This document shows positions 45,369 to 53,736 of a stretch of DNA of 53,736 nucleotides, piece after piece (the stretch's first letter is position 1; the number at the start of each line of letters is the position of its first letter). The stretch is from a virus (lineage: Duplodnaviria; Caudoviricetes), in IMG/VR virus record IMGVR_UViG_3300045005_000056, positions 1 to 53,736 of that record, one strand, 5' to 3'. Both the position numbers and the translations under genes were made by a program. The notes below the pieces were generated by a model that saw only the letters and a program-made list of their open reading frames with translations, was not told where the DNA came from and did not search any database.

Positions 45369-45555
45369 GCCACCCTGCCTTTTCTTCGTTGCCTAGCGGC
45401 GCCGGCTCCCACGAGTCTGGAGACTCAAAGCCGCCTTCGCGCCACGACCTCTTGAGCTCCGCGTTTCGTCGGAGTTTCTTGATCGCGCGTTGTTCGTAGT
45501 ACTGGACTGTCTGACGCGATAAACCGAGAGCTTCGGCGATCTCGTCGAGCGTCAT
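45352..45555 (-). CDS. Sigma70 region 4-like HTH protein
   Basis: MTLDEIAEALGLSRQTVQYYEQRAIKKLR. Confidence 0.8.
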   Translation of the reverse strand: MTLDEIAEALGLSRQTVQYYEQRAIKKLRRNAELKRSWREGGFESPDSWEPAPLGNEEKAGWHARKA

Positions 45556-45725
45556 GCCTGCCATGTTTTCGGCGCTCCTCGCGCATCGATGATCACTGGC
45601 CGTAGCTCTTTGGTGAGTGGATCGAAGATCAACGCTTGCTCGCCGCCGAACCACATCGGACGAAGCAGCGACTCAAGCTCGCTCACCGAACAGCGCGCGC
45701 TCGCGATAATGATGCTCGGTTTCAT
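45552..45725 (-). CDS. Small hypothetical protein
   Basis: GGAGGAG SD; ATGA-coupled at both ends. Confidence 0.6.
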   Translation of the reverse strand: MKPSIIIASARCSVSELESLLRPMWFGGEQALIFDPLTKELRPVIIDARGAPKTWQA

Positions 45726-45898
45726 CGCTCCTCCGTGCAGCGCGCAATTGTTTCGATCGCGGCGGCGATGCGTTGCTGGGTCGTGTTCACCTCGATAAGC
45801 GCTTCGCCGAGCCATTCGAGTCGATCGTAAATATCGTTGATCGTTGAACTGATATTCGACAACTCGTTCGCGAGTGTATCTACGTGGTCGTCTCTCAT
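45722..45898 (-). CDS. Small coiled-coil hypothetical protein (58 aa, not in ORF track)
   Basis: MRDDHVDTLANELSNISSTINDIYDRLEWL...; GGAGGAG SD; coupled. Confidence 0.6.
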   Translation of the reverse strand: MRDDHVDTLANELSNISSTINDIYDRLEWLGEALIEVNTTQQRIAAAIETIARCTEER

Positions 45899-46893
45899 CG
45901 CTCCTCCGCGTCGGGCACATAGTCGTTTTCCGGCGCGCTCGGCTTCGGCGCAGCCGGCTTGCCCTTGCTACCCTTGCGCTGCGCTGCCGCGCGATTCGCG
46001 ATCTTCTCGCGTAGCGCAGCGTTCGGATCGTCCTTCCGGTCGCCCTCGACTCCGGTCTTCGTCGCGAGGCAGTCGCGCCACGTCGCTTCGCCTTCGCGCA
46101 CCGTCGCATAGATTGCGCGCAGCTCTGCAATCTCCGATGGGCTTGCTCCATCGAGGTCGTGGCCGAGGTAATCGCGCAGGTCAGCGCCCTTGACGCCGAG
46201 TTCACCGAACGCGCGCACGAGCTGCTTGCGTGCGGCGTCCGGGTCTTGCGCGATATCCTGCTCATTAGTTGCTCGGATCTGTTGCTCGCATTCCTCGAGC
46301 ACATCGGCCGGCACGAGCGACAGCACGCACCGGCGCTTCGCCTTGCGGCATTCGGCGCGAACTGTCGTTACGAGCGCGCCTTGATCAGCGCGAACGCGAT
46401 AGACGATGTCGCCGCGCGAGTTCGTGCGGCGCCCGACGACCTCGTCTCCGTCCTTGATCTGACGGCGTTCGACGAACTTAGGCACGTGAACGTCTTCCGA
46501 CTCGATCGCGTTCGTCTCAAGGTCGACCGAGCCGACGCGCCAGATTTGCTGATCATCACCGTCTTGCACGAGCAGCGTCGACACGATCATGTTGCCCATC
46601 GTGCGGTGCGCTGCTTCGGCGAAGCGGATCGACAGCCCCTCGGCATACTTACCGCCGCCGACCGGGCGGCGATAGAGGGCGCGCTCAGCGAAGCGCGACC
46701 GCTTGCACTCGCGGATGAGCCGCTCGCGCACGTCATCGATACTCCGCTGGCGCTTCAGCGCCATTAGATACTGCGCCTCGATTTCGGCGCGCGCCTTCGC
46801 GACCGCGCCGGCAGTCGTCGCGTCGATGTTCGCGAGCTGCGCTTCGTCGTGGCGCTCGGCGAGTGTCTTCGTTTGTGGATGTTCGTGATTCAT
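45895..46893 (-). CDS. Putative single-strand annealing/recombination protein
   Basis: FAERALYRRPVGG...EGLSIRFAE, VDLETN; near YqaJ gene. Confidence 0.6.
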   Translation of the reverse strand: MNHEHPQTKTLAERHDEAQLANIDATTAGAVAKARAEIEAQYLMALKRQRSIDDVRERLIRECKRSRFAERALYRRPVGGGKYAEGLSIRFAEAAHRTMGNMIVSTLLVQDGDDQQIWRVGSVDLETNAIESEDVHVPKFVERRQIKDGDEVVGRRTNSRGDIVYRVRADQGALVTTVRAECRKAKRRCVLSLVPADVLEECEQQIRATNEQDIAQDPDAARKQLVRAFGELGVKGADLRDYLGHDLDGASPSEIAELRAIYATVREGEATWRDCLATKTGVEGDRKDDPNAALREKIANRAAAQRKGSKGKPAAPKPSAPENDYVPDAEER

Positions 46894-46898
46894 GGTCC

Positions 46899-47576
46899 TT
46901 ACTCCGCTGCCTTGTGTGACTGCCATTCGATCGCTGCTTCGATATCGGCGGCGGCAAACACCTTATGCAAGAATGTCATCGCCATCTCGCGGTCGCCGCT
47001 CGTGTGGCCGATGTATTCGGCCAACGTGGCGCTGACACGCTCGAGGCGATCGGACTTGTCGCGGCATGCGTGCCAATCGCCCCACATGCCTTCGAGCGCC
47101 TTGCGCTGTTTCTCGACGGCCTCCTTGTGCGCGGCCTTGCGCTCCCCATTCTTCTTTCGCGCTGTCAGCGCCTTCTCCAACTCCAAGCGGCACTGCTCCA
47201 CGCGCGATGGGCTATAGAGCTTCACTTCTTTGGCAAGGAGCTGCTCGGACGGGATCGGTTTGAGCACACGCACGCTTGGCCCGGCGTAGTCGGAACCGTT
47301 GCCGATTCGCTCGTCATCGATTTGGCCGATCTGATCACGGCAGCTCGCGATGGCATCTTCCGGTGTCTCGAAGCACAAGTCGCGCGTGTTCCAACTGGTA
47401 TGCTGAAGCTGATAGACCGTGACATCTGGTTCAGGCAACGGCGGTTCATCGTCTAGCACCAGATCGCGAACACGAATCACCCCCTCCCTCATCAGCTCGA
47501 TGTCGATGAAATCCTCGACCTGCGCAGCCGTCAACGCCGCGCGCTGTTGTTCGGACAAGTCCCAGTATGATTTCAC
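46899..47576 (-). CDS. Hypothetical protein
   Basis: AAGAGGTGA SD before GTG; YWDLSEQQRAALT. Confidence 0.7.
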   Translation of the reverse strand: MKSYWDLSEQQRAALTAAQVEDFIDIELMREGVIRVRDLVLDDEPPLPEPDVTVYQLQHTSWNTRDLCFETPEDAIASCRDQIGQIDDERIGNGSDYAGPSVRVLKPIPSEQLLAKEVKLYSPSRVEQCRLELEKALTARKKNGERKAAHKEAVEKQRKALEGMWGDWHACRDKSDRLERVSATLAEYIGHTSGDREMAMTFLHKVFAAADIEAAIEWQSHKAAE

Positions 47577-48595
47577 GTCGTCACCTCTTGCGTTGATTCG
47601 ATCAATCGTCTTTTCCACTCACGGTGCGGGTAGATTTTCGCCGCACGAAACCCATCGCCGCGATGTCGCTCGACGACCGCAGCCGGAACGACGCCGCCGG
47701 CCAACTCTTCAGCGATTTCTTTCCAGCGCGGCGTACCTTGATGGCTGGGCCAGTCGAAGCGCCCCCACGGTCCGGCAAGGCTGCGCGCCGAGCCGGTCAT
47801 GCCGCACAAGATCGCCTTCATCGTCGCGACCTCTGTCTTGGCGTCGCGCTCGCGTTCTTGGGCTAGAACAAGGCGACGAACGACTTCGGATGCCTCCGCT
47901 TTCGCGGTCGCAGTCGTGCCGTCGTCTTGCCGCCAGCGAGCTTGCAGAATGCGCAGTGCCGCATCCGGCCGATCGATCGGCGGCATCAAGTCGCCGAGCA
48001 CGTGGTCGCGCCAGAAGTCCGTTGCCATGTCGTCGATGTCGACGATCAGCTCTTCGTCGCGCTCGACGCGAAAGATGCGCAGGTCGGTGCCGTCGACGAG
48101 CGCGGCCACGTCCCACGCTTCAGCGCCCGTGACGTGCATCGACCACTGGCATTGCAGCGACACGTATTCCGGGATGCCGTCACTGGGCCAGTCCTTGCGC
48201 ATCCACGCGCCGACGAGCTTGCATTCGAGCCCGCCGTCGACGATTAGCCGATCCGGCGTGCAGGTCGCCCACGACTTCGCAGCGTGCTCGACGGTTCCCG
48301 GAGACGGCGCCACGAGGTTTCCGGTGCGATGCTCGTACGCGCGCGCGATTGCATCCTCGAATAGGTTGCCGAGCTGCCGCGGGTCCGTGTCGATGCGACC
48401 GGCGACCGCGAGCGGCTCATCAGGCTCGGGCTCGACGTCGTTCGCGATGATGGGCGCGTGCTCCAGCAGCTGTCCGCGCCGCTTCGTCGCCCAGATGTCG
48501 ACAACTGTCTTGCGCGGGTCGAGCCCGACCACCGCGGCGATCTCGCTCGCGCCCAGCGAGCGTTGCCTTCGTTCCAATTGTTCATCCGTTAGCAT
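47573..48595 (-). CDS. YqaJ/lambda-exonuclease-like nuclease
   Basis: RQRSLGASEIAAVVG, GNLFE, CTPD...LECK, QCQWSMHVTG. Confidence 0.92.
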   Translation of the reverse strand: MLTDEQLERRQRSLGASEIAAVVGLDPRKTVVDIWATKRRGQLLEHAPIIANDVEPEPDEPLAVAGRIDTDPRQLGNLFEDAIARAYEHRTGNLVAPSPGTVEHAAKSWATCTPDRLIVDGGLECKLVGAWMRKDWPSDGIPEYVSLQCQWSMHVTGAEAWDVAALVDGTDLRIFRVERDEELIVDIDDMATDFWRDHVLGDLMPPIDRPDAALRILQARWRQDDGTTATAKAEASEVVRRLVLAQERERDAKTEVATMKAILCGMTGSARSLAGPWGRFDWPSHQGTPRWKEIAEELAGGVVPAAVVERHRGDGFRAAKIYPHREWKRRLIESTQEVTT

Positions 48596-48700
48596 TCGCA
48601 GTCTCCTTCGTTCAGCTCTCCTAACGCGTCGCGGTCTTGCCACAGCGCGCGCATTCCAGCGCGTTGCCTTGACGTAGTGGTCGATGGCCGCGTCGACACG

Positions 48701-48934
48701 TCATGACGACGCCCTCTTGGTGCCCTCGCCCTGGCAATGGTGGCACATGACCTTCCCGAATCCGGGGGCATGCACCACGCCTTCTCCGCCGCAGTTCGGA
48801 CATGTCGATGGCGACCGGGCGCCCATAACCCGAAGCTGCGTCGCCAACCACGCCTCGATGATCGCGGCGGCGCGCAAGTCGCGGCGTTCCCCTTCGAGCC
48901 CGAGAATGATCCGCGCGAGTTCAAGCGCGGTCAT
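48701..48934 (-). CDS. Small protein with DnaJ-type zinc finger
   Basis: CPNCGGEG...CHHCQGEG. Confidence 0.7.
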   Translation of the reverse strand: MTALELARIILGLEGERRDLRAAAIIEAWLATQLRVMGARSPSTCPNCGGEGVVHAPGFGKVMCHHCQGEGTKRASS

Positions 48935-49275
48935 AGCTCTTCCTCACGCGCAGCCCGGTGCGCCCAATCGATGCCGCGCCGAATCGCGCCGCGCACGTCA
49001 TCGAACGTACGGCCCGGTGCATCGTTGAACTTAGCGATGCCGTCGACGCGGTTTGCGATCAGCTCGGGATTCGCAGCGCGTAGCACGGATTCCGCCAGCG
49101 ACACGCTATTAGCCGGCCAGCAGGTATCGAGAAACACTTCGTCGACTATGGCGCGCAGAAGGCATCGCTCGCCGTTCGGACCCGAGGATTTGCCGTGCGA
49201 CCAGCCATCTCGATCGAGCCGCGCGAGCGCTGTTTCGAGCAACCGCGCGGCATCGGCATGTGTTGCGAGCTTCAT
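48931..49275 (-). CDS. DUF6197-like phage protein
   Basis: GW..G......CLLRAI...FNDAPGRTFDDV. Confidence 0.7.
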   Translation of the reverse strand: MKLATHADAARLLETALARLDRDGWSHGKSSGPNGERCLLRAIVDEVFLDTCWPANSVSLAESVLRAANPELIANRVDGIAKFNDAPGRTFDDVRGAIRRGIDWAHRAAREEEL

Positions 49276-49508
49276 GGCGCGTCCTCGCTCAGCGCCTCTT
49301 GCAGCCCGTCATGAGCTTCTTTCAGTCCAGCGTGTCGGCCGTTCGCGTACGCCGCGGCAAGAACGGCTCTTAGTTGCTCTCGCAACATGCAGATGCCGAT
49401 TATCGTTGCCTTGCCGTCAGCAGCGGTGATTGCGTTGCCACCGGCTAGCGCAGCTTTCAGGATCTTGTCGGCCGTTTCCTCGGCATATGTTGTGGCGCTC
49501 GTGTTCAT
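49272..49508 (-). CDS. Hypothetical protein
   Basis: GAAGGA SD; coupled. Confidence 0.6.
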   Translation of the reverse strand: MNTSATTYAEETADKILKAALAGGNAITAADGKATIIGICMLREQLRAVLAAAYANGRHAGLKEAHDGLQEALSEDAP

Positions 49509-49562
49509 TGGTCGTCCTTCTCGTGCCGCGCTCGTGGGCACGCGGCGCGGCACGACGCGAGG

Positions 49563-50054
49563 TCATGCCGCGATAGTGTGCGCGCGAGCTAACCCGAGCG
49601 CGCGCAGCGCGGGGTTTGGGCTACCGACCAGCTCGCGGAGGTACTTCACCGGGACACCGGCGCGGCCGGCGAGCTGACCGAACGCATGCGGGTGAATGCG
49701 CTGCTCGGTCTGCTCAGCGACTTGGAGCACGAGTGACGGAATCGGTGCGTCGTTCTGCGGAGCGCGATCGCCGTCGAGCATCGCCGCGAGGTTCACGGGG
49801 ATGCCCTCGTCGTTCTCGACGCCGATCGCGTCCTCGGTCAACGCGTCGACGAGCACCGTCGGCGCAGCGTACCCGAAGCGCATCACGCGACCGCGTGCGA
49901 TTACATCGTCTGGACGATGGCTGTTGACGTGCTCGAATACGCGCATGGCGCTGGCGCGCCCGCCATCGATGATGCGGTGCATTTTGTCGCGCGCCTCGCG
50001 TGCGGCTTCGGATGCGGCGTGTGCGTAGGAACGAGAATCGTGGTGATACAGCAT
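49563..50054 (-). pseudogene. Apparently truncated DUF932-like protein
   Basis: IHPHAFGQLAGRAGVPVKYL motif, then stop after ~163 aa. Confidence 0.45.
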
Positions 50055-50146
50055 GGTGTTTTCCCTTATTGGGTTCGTGCTGCGAGCGACGCAGCGTTGA
50101 CTCGTCAGTGCGGGAGCGACCCGCAGACGCGCCGCAGCGCGTTTCG

Positions 50147-50368
50147 TCAGCGACTCCACGCGAGCGCCACGGCCCGCAGCGCCTCGGCAGAGTCGAGGTG
50201 AAGGCGTGCGCCCGCCCACTCGATGCCGGCGAGCCGCGCAAGCTCGGGGCGCGCACCCGTCGCTTTGCGCGCCCATCGCGCGGCGGCAGCGGCGCATCGC
50301 TGGGCCTTGCGCTCGTGCCACACGATTTCGCCAATCAGCTCGTTCAGGCGGCGGCGAGCGTAGGTCAT
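50147..50368 (-). CDS. Hypothetical protein
   Basis: ATGA-coupled 73 aa ORF. Confidence 0.5.
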   Translation of the reverse strand: MTYARRRLNELIGEIVWHERKAQRCAAAAARWARKATGARPELARLAGIEWAGARLHLDSAEALRAVALAWSR

Positions 50369-50637
50369 GGGGCGGGTGGGGCACGTCGAAGAGCTTTCGC
50401 GGCCTGTGACTCGACCGCGCGCGCGGATCGATCAGTGGCCCACCCCTCCCAACCTCCTGCGGCCATGGTGGCCACGATCTCGTCAGGCGAGATACCACGC
50501 GCCTTCAGGAGCCGGTACATGGTCTCTAGTATTTCGCTGTCGGGCACATGCGCCCGAGCCACACGCTCTACGCGTCGGCAGAGCGCTCGACGTTCGTGTG
50601 CCACGGCCAGCGCTGGCAATATTTCCGCAATATTCAT
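50365..50637 (-). CDS. Hypothetical protein
   Basis: GAGGGAG SD; 90 aa. Confidence 0.55.
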   Translation of the reverse strand: MNIAEILPALAVAHERRALCRRVERVARAHVPDSEILETMYRLLKARGISPDEIVATMAAGGWEGWATDRSARAVESQAAKALRRAPPAP

Positions 50638-50948
50638 TTACTCCCTCGGCGCGCCGCGTACCGGCGGCGCGCTAGCTGGTTACGCCTCAGCCGACGGCGC
50701 TCAGTGGCGATGGCATCATCGTCAGGCTCGCCATCCTCGTAGCGGAGCTCGTCACACTCACCGCGGCCGTGGCGCGTCTCGATCTCGCGGACGCCGCAGT
50801 ATACGCAGCGCCGCTCGAAGCGGTAGGTGGTACCGCCGAGCGACCACACGCCAGGGTTACGGTCGCACCCGCCGCATCCCTCATTGGTCCAGCAGTGAGA
50901 CAATCCCTCCGCGCAGTCAGGCATCGACTCGTATCCGTCAATCATCAT
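50634..50948 (-). CDS. Hypothetical Cys-rich protein, first gene of leftward operon
   Basis: AAGGAG SD; NPGVWSLGG...CVYCG. Confidence 0.65.
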   Translation of the reverse strand: MMIDGYESMPDCAEGLSHCWTNEGCGGCDRNPGVWSLGGTTYRFERRCVYCGVREIETRHGRGECDELRYEDGEPDDDAIATERRRLRRNQLARRRYAARRGSK

Positions 50949-51135
50949 CGCCGTGTTCTCCCTTCGGGTTCGTTTGGCGCGTCACGCTATTTGCGCGACG
51001 TGTGACCAGTATAATCAGCGCTACGAAAAGCGCAACTATAATTCGTACGATTGTTGTTATTCTTTTTGCTCACAATCGTTACGCGCGGTTACATGATCCT
51101 TTACTTTCTGTGCACGTTCTGATAGTCGCTCGGAC
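50949..51135. promoter_or_regulatory. AT-rich divergent control region; leftward sigma70-like promoter
   Basis: Minus strand TTGCGC (51035-51030)-N16-TATACT (51013-51008); two TATAAT on +; imperfect inverted repeat 51045-51083. Confidence 0.7.
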
Positions 51136-51351
51136 ATGGCGAACGAATCAATTCCTCGCGACCGGGAACTGGCGTCGATGGTGTACGCCATCTCGGCCGA
51201 GATCCACTGTCATCCAGTAACTATTCGCAAATGGCTGGATAATCGCTCTAACAATCCGATCACCAACTACGCGATCTGCGCGGCGGCAAAACGCCTCGGA
51301 TTCGCTGACGCGCTGGCACGATATCGCCAACAACTCGCGCCGACGGGCTGA
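51136..51351 (+). CDS. Small Cro-like HTH protein
   Basis: ISAEIHCHPVTIRKWL; first rightward gene. Confidence 0.55.
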   Translation: MANESIPRDRELASMVYAISAEIHCHPVTIRKWLDNRSNNPITNYAICAAAKRLGFADALARYRQQLAPTG

Positions 51352-51354
51352 TCG

Positions 51355-52383
51355 ATGGCCGGCCGAATCCGAACAATCAAGCCCGAGCTGCTCGAGGACG
51401 ACAAGACGGCGTCGCTCGGGCACGTCGAGTTCCGACTCTTCGTGGCGCTCTTGCTGCTCGCTGATGATCATGGCGGTTTCCGCGCGCAACCGAACCAGCT
51501 GACCGGGGCCGTATTTTGGGGCTGCGTGGAGCAGGTCGACACGTCCTCGGCTCTCGAAACCCTCGCGAGGGTCGGACTAATCTCGCTGTTCACGTCGGGC
51601 GGGCAGCCGTACGGCCACATTACGAACTGGAACCGACATCAGCGCGTCGACCATCCGAGCAAGCCGCGCGTGCCGAGTCCTCGCGACGAAGGATCTTCGT
51701 CATTCTCGCGATTTGCCGATATATTTGCCGATTCACTCGCGAATGTGTCGCGCGGATCTCGCGACAGTCTCGCGCCTGACCTCCGACCTCCGACCTCCGA
51801 CCTCCGACCAACGACCAACGCTGCTGACGCAGCGCCTCAATTCGATTTGAAAATCCAAGAACCAGTCGTGAACCAGAGGAAGTCAAGGATGGCCAAAGAA
51901 ACAACAACCGAAACCGACCTGCAAGCTGGCTGGCGAATTTGGCGCGACGAATACGAATGGGTCGAGGGTCACGCCTACATTGCCGGCGGGGCTTGCGGAC
52001 GCGCGATGAAGGGCATCGTCATGCTCGCTCACCGCAGCGCCAAGGAGCGAGGCGGGTCACCCGAGAAGCAGCGCGCCAGCCTCGAGCTGTGCTTGAGACA
52101 CTGGTTTCGGTGCTATCTCCAAGATCGGGACAAGTGGCTGGAAGCCGCTGGGCACGTCCTACGGCACCTCGACGCTAGGATCCCTAGGTACTGCGTTCCG
52201 TGGGCCAAAAACGCGCCAGCGACGCCACAGCGGCCCGGCAAACGGCATTCTGAGAGCACACCGAGGAGCGCGGACCAGCCATCGCCGGACGGCGAGCCCG
52301 CAAGTGCCCGATATTTCGATCCGGTCGCGCATGGTCTGCCGAGCATCGCTGAGGTCGTCTCCGGCATCGGCAGGGACCCATGA
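51355..52383 (+). CDS. Phage replication initiator (replisome organiser)
   Basis: MAGRIRTIKPE, LADDHG, NWNRHQRVDHPS; directly upstream of DnaB. Confidence 0.82.
   Translation: MAGRIRTIKPELLEDDKTASLGHVEFRLFVALLLLADDHGGFRAQPNQLTGAVFWGCVEQVDTSSALETLARVGLISLFTSGGQPYGHITNWNRHQRVDHPSKPRVPSPRDEGSSSFSRFADIFADSLANVSRGSRDSLAPDLRPPTSDLRPTTNAADAAPQFDLKIQEPVVNQRKSRMAKETTTETDLQAGWRIWRDEYEWVEGHAYIAGGACGRAMKGIVMLAHRSAKERGGSPEKQRASLELCLRHWFRCYLQDRDKWLEAAGHVLRHLDARIPRYCVPWAKNAPATPQRPGKRHSESTPRSADQPSPDGEPASARYFDPVAHGLPSIAEVVSGIGRDP
51781..51820 (+). repeat. 7-bp tandem repeat (CTCCGAC)x4 + CAACGAC variants
   Basis: Read directly, inside the initiator gene. Confidence 0.85.
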
Positions 52384-53736
52384 GCCGAGCTCCGGAAGCG
52401 CAACGGCCCGCGCCGACGAAACTGAGGTCAGTCGCCGGACGAGAGCCGGCGCACGACCAGCGAGCCGAGGAGGTGTGCCTGCTGATGGCTCTCGACCCGC
52501 GCGCCCGGCCGCGGCTGCGAGCTGTGCTAACACCGGAGGACTTCCACTCCGCGGCGAACCGGACTATCTGGGAGGCGGTCGTTGCGCTCGATGCGGCAGG
52601 CGAACCCGTTGATGTCGTAACGATTGCCCACTGGCTGCGCGCGCATGATCAGTGGCAGCGGATCGGCGGCATCGAGACGATCGCGCGCATTACGGAGGAC
52701 ACGCCGGTCCAGATCGATTACCTCGAGCATGCGCGCCGCGTCGTCGCGCTCGCCGGCCAACGGGCCATCGTCGCGCGATGTCAGCGCGCAGTGGCTGACG
52801 GCTACGGTGACATCGGAGCACTCAGCGAGTGGTCTGCTGCCCTCGTGCGCGACGTGCAGCAAATCGCGCGTCGCAGCTCGCCGGGCTCTGCTGTGTGGCT
52901 CGCAGAATCCGCTATCGCTGCGAGCGCGAAGGTCTTCGACACGATGAACCGGCGTGGACAGATCACGGGCGTATCGACCGGGCTTCATGCCCTCGATGCT
53001 GCGACCGCGGGCATGCACACCGGAGATTTTATTGTGCTGACCGCTCCTAGCGGTGGCGGAAAGACGGCGCTCGCCACCACGATCGCCATTAACGTCGCGT
53101 TGCGCGGCGATGGCGTCGGTTTCGTCGAGCTCGAGATGCCGCATGAACAGATCACGCAGCGCATGTGCTGCGCGATCGGCCGGGTAAACTTTCACGCTGT
53201 GCGTCTTGGTAAGCACGTCGATCGCGACTACGGCGCATTCGTCGACGCAGCTGCGAAAGTACGCACCGCACCGCTTCGCATCGACGACGGCAAGCCGAAG
53301 ACCTTCGATCAGCTCCGCGCCAGCGCGCAAGCGATGGCCGACGCGCTCGACAAGCGCGGCTTGCCGATGCGGCTGCTCGTCGTCGATTACGTGCAGAAGG
53401 TCGACGGCTCAGCGCTCGTTCCGCCGCGGTCAACGCGAGAGCGAGAGCTAGCGAAGGTCGCCGAGCATCACGTGAGGCTATCCGAGGAGCTTCGCATTCC
53501 AATACTGGCGCTCGCGCAGACGAACGACGACGGCGAGATTCGGGAGAGTCGCGCGATTCTTCACGAGGCAACGTCATGGTGGCACCTCGAAATCGCGAAG
53601 TCGCACGCTGGCTCACGCGCGGCGACTGTCGAGATAAAAAAACAACGTCACGGCCCGGTGCCGGCCGAAGCGAGATTTTGGTTTCATCCGTCGTTCGTGT
53701 GGTTCGACGACGAAGACTCGCTCTTGATCGATTGGC
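52380..53736 (+). CDS. dnaB: Replicative DnaB-like helicase (~465 aa across the join)
   Basis: EPAHDQRAEE N-terminus; GVSTGLHALD, LTAPSGGGKTALA (Walker A), ELEMP, LLVVDYVQ (Walker B). Confidence 0.92.
   Translation, partial: MSRAPEAQRPAPTKLRSVAGREPAHDQRAEEVCLLMALDPRARPRLRAVLTPEDFHSAANRTIWEAVVALDAAGEPVDVVTIAHWLRAHDQWQRIGGIETIARITEDTPVQIDYLEHARRVVALAGQRAIVARCQRAVADGYGDIGALSEWSAALVRDVQQIARRSSPGSAVWLAESAIAASAKVFDTMNRRGQITGVSTGLHALDAATAGMHTGDFIVLTAPSGGGKTALATTIAINVALRGDGVGFVELEMPHEQITQRMCCAIGRVNFHAVRLGKHVDRDYGAFVDAAAKVRTAPLRIDDGKPKTFDQLRASAQAMADALDKRGLPMRLLVVDYVQKVDGSALVPPRSTRERELAKVAEHHVRLSEELRIPILALAQTNDDGEIRESRAILHEATSWWHLEIAKSHAGSRAATVEIKKQRHGPVPAEARFWFHPSFVWFDDEDSLLIDW
53490..53736. repeat. 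Terminal direct repeat, right copy
   Basis: Matches 1-247 with one mismatch. Confidence 0.95.

Noticed and set aside
50000-51220. 406-aa + strand ORF
   Set aside because: Low-complexity Arg/Ala frame opposite several coupled minus-strand genes and running through the AT-rich promoter region.
51781-51820. CRISPR array or DGR repeats
   Set aside because: Only short tandem units without spacers; no cas or reverse transcriptase gene seen anywhere in the window.

Overview
The window is an apparently complete ~53.5 kb high-GC tailed-phage genome. Bases 1-247 repeat 53490-53736 (one mismatch) and the DnaB gene reads across the join. It carries a Mu-like contractile-tail morphogenesis module on + (terminase, portal fused to MuF, protease/scaffold, capsid, sheath, tube, tape measure, baseplate, fibres) and a lysis region. 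A leftward early arm encodes a YqaJ nuclease, an annealing protein, an SNF2-like helicase, a DNA methyltransferase, and MazG-like and TGT/DpdA-like proteins. A rightward replication arm encodes an initiator, DnaB, RusA and DnaQ. I could not recognise an integrase or transposase. The standout is a 275-aa intein in the portal-MuF fusion that has no in-frame endonuclease but fully contains an HTH + DUF559/Vsr-like endonuclease gene on the opposite strand. Other observations: a D-arm-less tRNA-like element behind a deleted mom-like gene, recurrent leaderless promoter-like motifs, an anti-SD hairpin/pseudoknot, a -1 frameshift site, a decayed HNH, and an endolysin with an unassigned N-terminal domain. 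All family calls come from motif recognition by eye; no searches were run.
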